A stretch of 64,000 bases of DNA from Patescibacteria group bacterium (lineage in GTDB: Bacteria > Patescibacteriota > Patescibacteriia > JAHIZJ01), in contig JAQTMH010000003.1 of NCBI GenBank assembly GCA_028714495.1, positions 72,496-136,495 of the forward strand, written 5' to 3'. Under the pieces are notes generated by a model, which worked only from the letters and a program-made list of their open reading frames with translations, did not search any database and was not told the origin of the DNA. Positions within the stretch are counted from its first letter, which is position 1; each line of letters opens with the position of its first letter. This document shows, one piece after another, positions 56,901 to 64,000 of this stretch. The position numbers were made by a program, and so were the translations under genes.

Positions 56901-58605
56901 GGGATGGTTTTATATCAATCATTTTAAGCTGAAGCTCGCGCGTGCCATTCCACTCGTTGAAGCCGATTTCATAAGCCACGTCAACCTTATCCTGTCTAGT
57001 TAATTTATCGCCCCACTCGCCAAAGCCGAAGCCAATCAGCCGCCGCGCCACCTGCGATTTGTCGCGCACAACTAGACGCAGGTGTTTCTGGTCAGCCCCG
57101 ACTTGCTCCCAGTCTATCACTTCGGCTGAGCGCGTCACGAATCTCGGTATCGGATTCCCCTCGCCGAATGGCGCGAAGGTTTCAAGAGCCTCTGTCAGCG
57201 TCCAATCAATTTGCCCAAACGTTAATTCAGCTTCGAGCTCCAGCTTGGGTTTTAAGTCTACCTGCTTCAATTGACTGGCCGCCAGTTCTTGGAGTCCTTT
57301 TTTGAATTCGGAAACAGTCGCCCCTTCCTTCAGAGTAAATCCGCAAGCTTGCCGATGGCCGCCGTAGTGGCTCAATAAATGCTCCAGCTTTTTCAAAGCC
57401 TCGGTGATGTGAAATTCCGGCAAACTCCGGCCTGATCCGATTATCTGGTTCTGGCGCTTGCCGATTATCACCGTGGGCCGATGATATTCGTCAGTCAGCC
57501 TGGAGGCTACCAAGCCGACCAAACCAGCCGGCCAATCCCGCCCCTGGGCCACCAGCAAATATTGTTCTGGCGTTACTTCGCCAAGCTGAGTTTTAGCCTC
57601 CTGGGTTATTTTTTCCGTGAGGCGCTGGCGCTCCTGATTCATCTTGTGAAGATTTAGAGCCAGCCGGTCAGCTTCTTCCTTCAGCCCGGTGATGATCAAT
57701 TCATAGGCACTGTTGGCGTGATCAACTCTGCCAGCCGCGTTGAGCCTGGGTACGATTTGAAAAGCTACCGCCCGTGAATCGATTGCTTCGGACTTCAGGC
57801 TCATTACCGCATAGAGCGATTGCAAACCCACCCGACGGGTTTTCTGCAAAACGATCATCCCGTATTTCGCCAGGGTTCGATTTTCTCCCACCAGCGAAAC
57901 GTAATCTCCGATCGTCCCAAGCGCCACCAAATCCAAAAGCCATTTTTCCATAGATTCTTTCATCTGCCGCTTTTTGAATAAGGCCTGCGCCAGTTTAAAG
58001 GCGACGCCGGCGCCGCTGAGCTTTTGAAAGGGGTAATTATCTCCCACGCACCAGGGATTGATAATGCTAAAAGCCCGCGGCAATTCCGGATGAGGCATGT
58101 GGTGATCAGTAATAATTACTTCCAGGCCGAGCTGGTTGGCCAAAGCCACTTCCTCAATATTACTGGTGCCGCAGTCAACCGTGATGATCAATTTGGTGCC
58201 GTTTTTTGCCAACTCTTTGACTGTCTGAATATTTAAGCCATAGCCCTCGATTTGGCGGTCTGGCAGATAAACTTCGACCTGGCAATCAGGCTCAATTATC
58301 TTCAAGGCGCTGACCATGATCGCCGCCCCGCACACTCCGTCAGCGTCATAATCGCCATGGACCACGATCGGCTCTTTCTCTTTCAAAGCCTTAAAAATGC
58401 GTTCAACGGTTTTTTCCATGTCACGGAATAAAAATGGGTCGTGGATATCCTGGCCGTAATCTGGATTGGTAAATTCGTCAATGGCTTCCTGGGTACTCAA
58501 GCCGCGGTTGTAGAGCAATTGCAAAATAACCGGATGAATTTCCGGGAAAGAATCTTTATACGATTGCGGCATTGGCTTGGCGATCAGCCAACTTGATTCC
58601 TTCAT
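56893..58605 (-). CDS. recJ: ssDNA exonuclease RecJ
   Basis: GDYDADG, EGYG, TVDCG, TDHH, PRLNAAGR, GGH. Confidence 0.96.
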   Translation of the reverse strand: MKESSWLIAKPMPQSYKDSFPEIHPVILQLLYNRGLSTQEAIDEFTNPDYGQDIHDPFLFRDMEKTVERIFKALKEKEPIVVHGDYDADGVCGAAIMVSALKIIEPDCQVEVYLPDRQIEGYGLNIQTVKELAKNGTKLIITVDCGTSNIEEVALANQLGLEVIITDHHMPHPELPRAFSIINPWCVGDNYPFQKLSGAGVAFKLAQALFKKRQMKESMEKWLLDLVALGTIGDYVSLVGENRTLAKYGMIVLQKTRRVGLQSLYAVMSLKSEAIDSRAVAFQIVPRLNAAGRVDHANSAYELIITGLKEEADRLALNLHKMNQERQRLTEKITQEAKTQLGEVTPEQYLLVAQGRDWPAGLVGLVASRLTDEYHRPTVIIGKRQNQIIGSGRSLPEFHITEALKKLEHLLSHYGGHRQACGFTLKEGATVSEFKKGLQELAASQLKQVDLKPKLELEAELTFGQIDWTLTEALETFAPFGEGNPIPRFVTRSAEVIDWEQVGADQKHLRLVVRDKSQVARRLIGFGFGEWGDKLTRQDKVDVAYEIGFNEWNGTRELQLKMIDIKPSHG

Positions 58606-59039
58606 TTGCGTATGGGTCTTAGACTATTTTTTTGAACATACTTTTCTGCCTGCCGGAGCAGATATTTATAATTGCGATGCTTAAAAAACCGACTAGCCTC
58701 TTTAAACGTGCACCATTTGTACGCGGAATGTTCTCGCGACAGACGTATTCGTTCCCGCGTAAAGCCGAGAAAATAGGTTACCGTGCGCAAAAATAAACAC
58801 CCCTGGGCCCGAAAACGATAGTGAATTATTTCCCGAAAACCCTTTTCGATCTCGATATTTTTTATCCCAATCTCCTCCCCTGCCTCTCGCCGGGCGGCCC
58901 TCATCTCTGATTCACCCCTTTCAATCTTGCCTTTCGAGTATTCCCAAATGCCATATTGCCTTTTAAAAAGAATCAACACCTTGCCAGTGTTTTTATGAAC
59001 AACAATAATGCCGGCGGCCAAACTGCGTTTTTTCTTCAT
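58602..59039 (-). CDS. Nudix hydrolase (Ap4A hydrolase-like)
   Basis: KGKIERGESEMRAARREAGEEIG, LSREH. Confidence 0.88.
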   Translation of the reverse strand: MKKKRSLAAGIIVVHKNTGKVLILFKRQYGIWEYSKGKIERGESEMRAARREAGEEIGIKNIEIEKGFREIIHYRFRAQGCLFLRTVTYFLGFTRERIRLSREHSAYKWCTFKEASRFFKHRNYKYLLRQAEKYVQKNSLRPIRK

Positions 59040-60214
59040 GAACTTTTCTTAATGAATTTGGCGGCGGCGCGGGCTATGATATATTCTTCGCTCGTTGGTA
59101 TAACCAGGACTTTTGTTTCCTTCGGCTTCCTCAACCCCTGGAGGATTAATCGCCTAACCGTGGAATTGCGTTCGCCGATGCCGGCCGTGAAAACTATTGC
59201 GTCAGTCCGCGGCAGTAATGATAAATACGAACCCAAATATTTTTGGACGCTGTAAACGAATACCTCAAGCGCCTGTTTTGCCCGCTGCCGTTCTATTTTA
59301 TTGAACTTCCTTCTGGCCCGAAATCCAGGAACGAGCCAACCGGCCGCTATTAAAACCTCCCGTAAATCAGAGCTTAAACCGCTTAGACCTTGCCAGCCAG
59401 ATTCTTTATTGAGAAGCTTTTTAAGCTCGGGAAGAGACAGACCTAATTCGTCAAGCAAATAAAATACCGCTCCCGGATCAATATCGCCAGAGCGCGTAGC
59501 CATAGTCAAGCCGGCCAAAGGCGTGAAACCCATGGTCGTATCAATTGAGCGGCCGTTCTGAATTGCCGTTAAACTGCAACCGCTGCCCAAATGGCAGGTA
59601 ATGAGATTTAGCTTGGCTAAGGGCCGGCCCAACCTTTTAGCCGCCTCTTCAGCCACGTACTGATGGGAAAGGCCGTGAAAACCGTATTTGCGAATCTGGT
59701 GTTTAGAGTAATATTTAAGCGGCAGGGAGTACAAAAAGGCTTTCGGCTTCAGCGTCGAGTGGAAGGCCGTGTCAAAATGCGCAATGTTCTTTATCCGAGG
59801 CAACAGTCTTAAACAGGCTCTGACCCCATCCGCGTTGGCCGGATTGTGCAAGGGTGCCAGCGACGAGTAACGCTCGATGGTTTTTAAAATTCTGGGGCTA
59901 ATAAGGACGGGCCGAGTTAATTTTTCTCCGCCGTGGACAATCCGATGTCCAACAATGTCAATGCCAAAGTTAAAGCTTTTTATTTTACCCAAGACCAGAC
60001 GTAAAGCTTCGGTATGATTTCTAATCCCAGGCGCGAAATTCACATGGACTAGGCGTTGACCAGCCGCTTGGTATTCGAAAAATGAATTTTTCAAGCCGAT
60101 ACGCTCAACTATCCCCTTCAAGCGCTCACGCAAACCAGCTAATTCGAAAAGTGTGAATTTCAGGGTGGCGCTGCCAGAATTTATTACTAAAATATTTTTT
60201 GGCCTATTTTTCAT
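59036..60214 (-). CDS. ackA: Acetate kinase
   Basis: VINSGS, GHRIVHGG, APLHN, FDTAFH, YGFHG, HLGSG. Confidence 0.95.
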   Translation of the reverse strand: MKNRPKNILVINSGSATLKFTLFELAGLRERLKGIVERIGLKNSFFEYQAAGQRLVHVNFAPGIRNHTEALRLVLGKIKSFNFGIDIVGHRIVHGGEKLTRPVLISPRILKTIERYSSLAPLHNPANADGVRACLRLLPRIKNIAHFDTAFHSTLKPKAFLYSLPLKYYSKHQIRKYGFHGLSHQYVAEEAAKRLGRPLAKLNLITCHLGSGCSLTAIQNGRSIDTTMGFTPLAGLTMATRSGDIDPGAVFYLLDELGLSLPELKKLLNKESGWQGLSGLSSDLREVLIAAGWLVPGFRARRKFNKIERQRAKQALEVFVYSVQKYLGSYLSLLPRTDAIVFTAGIGERNSTVRRLILQGLRKPKETKVLVIPTSEEYIIARAAAKFIKKSS

Positions 60215-60516
60215 AACTGATTGAGTATTGATTTTAAACGTTCAGCTTCTTCGACCACCACCGGCGAGTCGTATTCCCCGGCGTGAGCACGAACTCCTTC
60301 GTAAACCGGTTTTTTCGCGTCGAGGTGAAGATTCGCGGACAAACCGTTTGGGCTAAAATCCTGGATATAAAGGTGTAGCCGTGGAAAGGGCGTCCGGCGC
60401 AGCTGACGAATATAGCTAACTTCGCCTGTCCGCCGATTGAAAATTTCAAAATAGCCGCAGCGCCTCATTAACATTCGCTCGTTTTCACGAAACGCCTTAG
60501 CCAGAACAATTTTCAT
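60211..60516 (-). CDS. Hypothetical protein
   Basis: Overlaps both neighbours by 4 nt; FPRLHLY and HLD motifs. Confidence 0.7.
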   Translation of the reverse strand: MKIVLAKAFRENERMLMRRCGYFEIFNRRTGEVSYIRQLRRTPFPRLHLYIQDFSPNGLSANLHLDAKKPVYEGVRAHAGEYDSPVVVEEAERLKSILNQL

Positions 60517-61112
60517 TTTTCCCCGCCTTTCAAAAGCACCACGCCGTAGGCCCGGCCCTTAACACCCGCGGCGTTAGCTTCGTCAGTATCAATTTGAAAA
60601 GAAAGCCGATCAATGCCCGGGTGGCTGCGCACCACCACTCGGTGAAAAGTCAGCGACCGCTGACCTTCGATTTTAACGCTGACCAGTTGGCGGTGCTTCA
60701 AACCATATTTTTTGGCTAGTTTAGGCTCAAGATGGAGGTGTCTTTGGGCAATAATTACGCCACTGGTCATTTTTATCGACCCGCGCGGTCCAATCACTTT
60801 CACCCCGCCGCTTGTGCCGGTCAAATCCCCTGACCTCCGCATTAAGGGATTTAGTTCGAGAAAATAGGCGTCGGTCCTAGAAATTTCTAGCTGGGTTTTT
60901 AGACGGCCCGGCCCCACAACCCTGACTTTGGGAAAAACTCCGCCGGGGCCTGCTACTTTGACCGTTTCCTTGGCGGCATACTGGCCGGGCTGGGAAATTT
61001 TTCTAAGTAAAGTCAATTTGTAATTTTTGCCAAATAGCCTGAAAAGATCTTTTTGGAACAAATGGATGTGACGCGCTGAAACTTCGATTAGAGTACGAAA
61101 GTTTTTTTTCAT
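60513..61112 (-). CDS. pduL: PduL-type phosphate acyltransferase
   Basis: VSARHIHL, SQPGQYA, Q.EISRTD, RHLH, DTDEANA. Confidence 0.93.
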   Translation of the reverse strand: MKKNFRTLIEVSARHIHLFQKDLFRLFGKNYKLTLLRKISQPGQYAAKETVKVAGPGGVFPKVRVVGPGRLKTQLEISRTDAYFLELNPLMRRSGDLTGTSGGVKVIGPRGSIKMTSGVIIAQRHLHLEPKLAKKYGLKHRQLVSVKIEGQRSLTFHRVVVRSHPGIDRLSFQIDTDEANAAGVKGRAYGVVLLKGGEK

Positions 61113-61113
61113 A

Positions 61114-62139
61114 TTACCAATCTTTTTTATAAATTTTTCTGGCCCGTTCGAGAATTGACGATCTAGACAATAAGCCAGGTTGAGCGCCGATTACCGAAAC
61201 AACTGAACTGCTGTTGACCATGGCTAGGCGCAGAGCGCGCCGGATGTTGTTTTTAAAAAGGATAATCCCGGCTACAAAAGTCGAACTGAAGGCATCGCCG
61301 GCGCCGGTCGTATCAACGACTTTTACCTTGACGGCTTTTTCATGATAGCGGTTCTGTCCGTCAAAAACATAGGCCCCGCGCTCGGCGTCTGTTATCGCGA
61401 CAATTTTTGGTCCCCAGCTTTGAATAGCCTTGAGCAATGGCCAGGGTTGATGGATCTGGCCGATTGAGCCGTGGCTTGAACGCACCAATTCGATCGCTTC
61501 GCTTTTATTCAGAAACAATACTTGGGCAAGGCGGAAAAGTGAAGCCAAGCCGTGTCGTCCCCGCTTGAGCTGTGTTTCGCCTGGATTCCAGGCCAGCCGG
61601 GTCTTTTTGTGTGATTTAAGATAATCAACCAGATTACGGGCCGTGACCTGCCAATGTCTGTCACTGAGCGAGGAGACATAAAACCACTTGGCTCTGGCCC
61701 GCTCAAGCTCAGTCTGGGTCATTTTCATGTTGTCATTGGCCCCACGGTATAAAAAGGCCACGTGTTCTTTCGTCTTTTCGTCAATCACAAAAAAGGAAAA
61801 ACCGGTCGAAAGTTTCTGATCGTATTCGATATACTTGGTGGTGATGTTTTCATCGGCCAATTCGGTTTCAATGATTTTTCCGTCTTTGTCAGATCCGACT
61901 CGGACAAAAGCCGCGGTCTTTAATCCCAACCGGGCAAAACCGACGGCCGTATTGCATCCCCCGCCGCCAAACACAAAATGCGTCGAACTGGGCATGATCT
62001 TCGCGCCGTATTCAAAGCCGATTAAATTCTGAGGCGAAACTTCCTGGCCACCCGGAATCAATGAGCCGGCAGTGGTGTAAAACATTATATCGCGGGTCGC
62101 TCCGCCAATTGTTACGACCGAGTAGGTCTTTCGAAACAT
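61114..62139 (-). CDS. PfkB family carbohydrate kinase
   Basis: GGGGCNTA, NPG, N..EA, DTTGAGDAF. Confidence 0.92.
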   Translation of the reverse strand: MFRKTYSVVTIGGATRDIMFYTTAGSLIPGGQEVSPQNLIGFEYGAKIMPSSTHFVFGGGGCNTAVGFARLGLKTAAFVRVGSDKDGKIIETELADENITTKYIEYDQKLSTGFSFFVIDEKTKEHVAFLYRGANDNMKMTQTELERARAKWFYVSSLSDRHWQVTARNLVDYLKSHKKTRLAWNPGETQLKRGRHGLASLFRLAQVLFLNKSEAIELVRSSHGSIGQIHQPWPLLKAIQSWGPKIVAITDAERGAYVFDGQNRYHEKAVKVKVVDTTGAGDAFSSTFVAGIILFKNNIRRALRLAMVNSSSVVSVIGAQPGLLSRSSILERARKIYKKDW

Positions 62140-62142
62140 AGT

Positions 62143-63720
62143 TTATTCTTTAGTGATAAAACCATCGGGGAAATGACAGAGTGGTTTACCCGTCATTTCG
62201 GCAGGCTGCTTAATTTTATATAAATTTAATATTGTCGGCGCGATGTCTCCGCTTACGCCGTTTTTCTTTAAGCGTAAATTTCGGTATTGCTCGGATATAA
62301 TATAAAACGGGACCGGATTACTGGTATGATTGGTGTTTACTTCTCCCGTCTTGAGATTAAATTTTTCCTCAGCATTTCCATGGTCACTGGTAATAAAAAC
62401 TGTCCCGCGCTTAGCCAAGGCCGCTTTAACTATCCGACCAACGCACTCATCAACCACCTCAATAGCCTTAATCGTTGCCCCGAGATTGCCGGTATGGCCA
62501 ACCATATCGGGATTGGCGAAATTGACGCCGTAAAAATCATACACATAATTTTCAATATTATTAACCACGACCTGCGTAATCTGGTAGGCGCTCATTTCCG
62601 GCTTTTCATCGTAGGATCTGACATCGGGCGACGGAACCAAAACACGATGTTCGCTGGCGACTGGATCGGCGTAGCCGCCATTCATGAAATAAGTCACGTG
62701 AGCGTATTTTTCCGATTCGGCGATATAAAGCTGATGAAAATCCTTTAAAGCCATGGGCAGAGTTCCTTTCAAATCAGCGCTGGGAAAAGCCGTCAGAATT
62801 CCCGGCAAATCTGGACCGAAATCAGTCATGGCCACGAACCGCAATCCCCTGATGATTCTTTTGCGCTTGAAGCCGGCAAAATCGGGCTGAACGAAAGACT
62901 TGGCTAATTGCCGTGTCCGATCCGACCGTAAATTGTAATAAATAATTGAATCGTTGTCATTCATTACGCCGATTGGCTTGCCTTTGTCCGTAATAACCGT
63001 GGGGTGGATGAATTCATCGCTTTCCCCCCGGTTATAGGCCGTGACAATGGCTTTTTCGGGATCGGTATTTTTAATGCCCTGGCCGAGGGCCAGCGCGTTG
63101 TAAGCAAGCTCAGTACGGCTCCAAACCTTTTTCCGGTCCATGGCGTAGAAACGCCCCTGGAGCGAGGCAACCCTCACTTCCGGAAACTTCTTTAGCACTA
63201 CCAGCAAATCTCTGAGATAACCGACTGAGGCGTACTGGGGCGAATCGCGCCCGTCAGTGAAAAGGTGCAAAAAGACCTTTTTCACCCCCTCGCCGTGAGC
63301 CATGGTGATTAAGGCCAATAAATGGTCGGGGTCGCTGTGGGCGCTTTGCTCGGCTGTCAGTAATCCCATAATGTGCAGGTTGGAGTGGTTGCGCTGGGTA
63401 TGGCCAATCGCCTCACGGAACGCCGGATTTTTGAAAAAGGTTCCGTCGCTGATTGCCTTCGAGATTATCACCGAATCCTGGTCGACAATCCGGCCAGCCC
63501 CGATGTTCATATGTCCGGCTTCTGAATTTCCATCCTGGCCCACCGGCAAGCCAACTTCGCGGCTGGATGAATTTAGCTGGGTATGGGGATAAGCTTCGAA
63601 CTTGTCGAAATTCGGTTTCTTGGCCAATAAAATGGCATTGCCGCGACTAGGCGGAGCAATACCCCAACCGTCCATCACGATCAGGACAACCGGCTTATTT
63701 TTAACTTTTTTGGCTATCAA
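62143..63720 (-). CDS. gpmI: 2,3-bisphosphoglycerate-independent phosphoglycerate mutase
   Basis: DGWG, GNSEAGH, DGRD, EKYAHVT, NPDMVGHTG, DHGNAE. Confidence 0.96.
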   Translation of the reverse strand: MIAKKVKNKPVVLIVMDGWGIAPPSRGNAILLAKKPNFDKFEAYPHTQLNSSSREVGLPVGQDGNSEAGHMNIGAGRIVDQDSVIISKAISDGTFFKNPAFREAIGHTQRNHSNLHIMGLLTAEQSAHSDPDHLLALITMAHGEGVKKVFLHLFTDGRDSPQYASVGYLRDLLVVLKKFPEVRVASLQGRFYAMDRKKVWSRTELAYNALALGQGIKNTDPEKAIVTAYNRGESDEFIHPTVITDKGKPIGVMNDNDSIIYYNLRSDRTRQLAKSFVQPDFAGFKRKRIIRGLRFVAMTDFGPDLPGILTAFPSADLKGTLPMALKDFHQLYIAESEKYAHVTYFMNGGYADPVASEHRVLVPSPDVRSYDEKPEMSAYQITQVVVNNIENYVYDFYGVNFANPDMVGHTGNLGATIKAIEVVDECVGRIVKAALAKRGTVFITSDHGNAEEKFNLKTGEVNTNHTSNPVPFYIISEQYRNLRLKKNGVSGDIAPTILNLYKIKQPAEMTGKPLCHFPDGFITKE

Positions 63721-63734
63721 CTGGCTTCTTCCTT

Positions 63735-64000
63735 TTAATTATTCTCGATATGGTCCTCAATCTCCATCAAACGATTGTATTTCACGACCCGCTCGCCTCG
63801 GGAAACTGAACCGGCCTTCAAGTAATCGGCTTTTAGGCCAACCGCCAAATCGACGATTGTGGTATCAGTAGTTTCCCCTGACCGGTGAGACACGACCACT
63901 TGGAAATTGTTTTTCTTGGCGAATTCAACCGTGTCAATCGTCTCGGTAATCGTGCCGATCTGATTTGGCTTGATCAATATGCCATTGCTGGCTTTCCGCT
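63735..64000 (-). CDS. eno: Enolase (C-terminal part, runs off window end)
   Basis: IKPNQIGT, SHRSGET, KAG, R.ERV.KYNRL. Confidence 0.95.
   Translation of the reverse strand, partial: RKASNGILIKPNQIGTITETIDTVEFAKKNNFQVVVSHRSGETTDTTIVDLAVGLKADYLKAGSVSRGERVVKYNRLMEIEDHIENN

Noticed and set aside
1-64000. Alternative genetic code (TGA=Gly) and the many antisense or overlapping track ORFs
   Set aside because: Conserved genes are full length under code 11 and several end at TGA. The shadow ORFs overlap well-supported genes and lack recognisable motifs.

Overview
This is a 64 kb chromosomal segment of a small-genome bacterium using genetic code 11. The gene repertoire suggests Patescibacteria/CPR (Parcubacteria-like); that assignment is inference. 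Most of it is housekeeping: recO, ileS, argS, smpB-ssrA, infC-rpmI-rplT, ftsEX, lepA, murJ, an exopolysaccharide cluster, rnpB, rnhA, recJ, and an eno-gpmI-pfkB-pduL-ackA block. The standout is a histidine-centred locus at about 23-33 kb on the minus strand. It runs: a 9-codon uORF, an MIO-dependent histidine ammonia-lyase homologue, two tandem tRNA-His genes that differ only at the acceptor end (one lacks G-1 and encoded CCA), hisS, and a complete His-specific T-box riboswitch (CAC specifier, UGGG bulge). The T-box does not precede hisS or his biosynthesis genes. It precedes a nucleoside phosphorylase and a TIM-barrel enzyme, which are followed by a kinase-like/HAD/phosphoribosyltransferase triad. 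Other notable items are a ~775-nt RNase P RNA carrying two copies of a 112-bp palindromic element, a MITE-like element before smpB, a frameshifted ZIP transporter, and a promoter-driven, hairpin-dense region at 46.1-47.8 kb. All calls are by-eye motif recognition; no searches were run.
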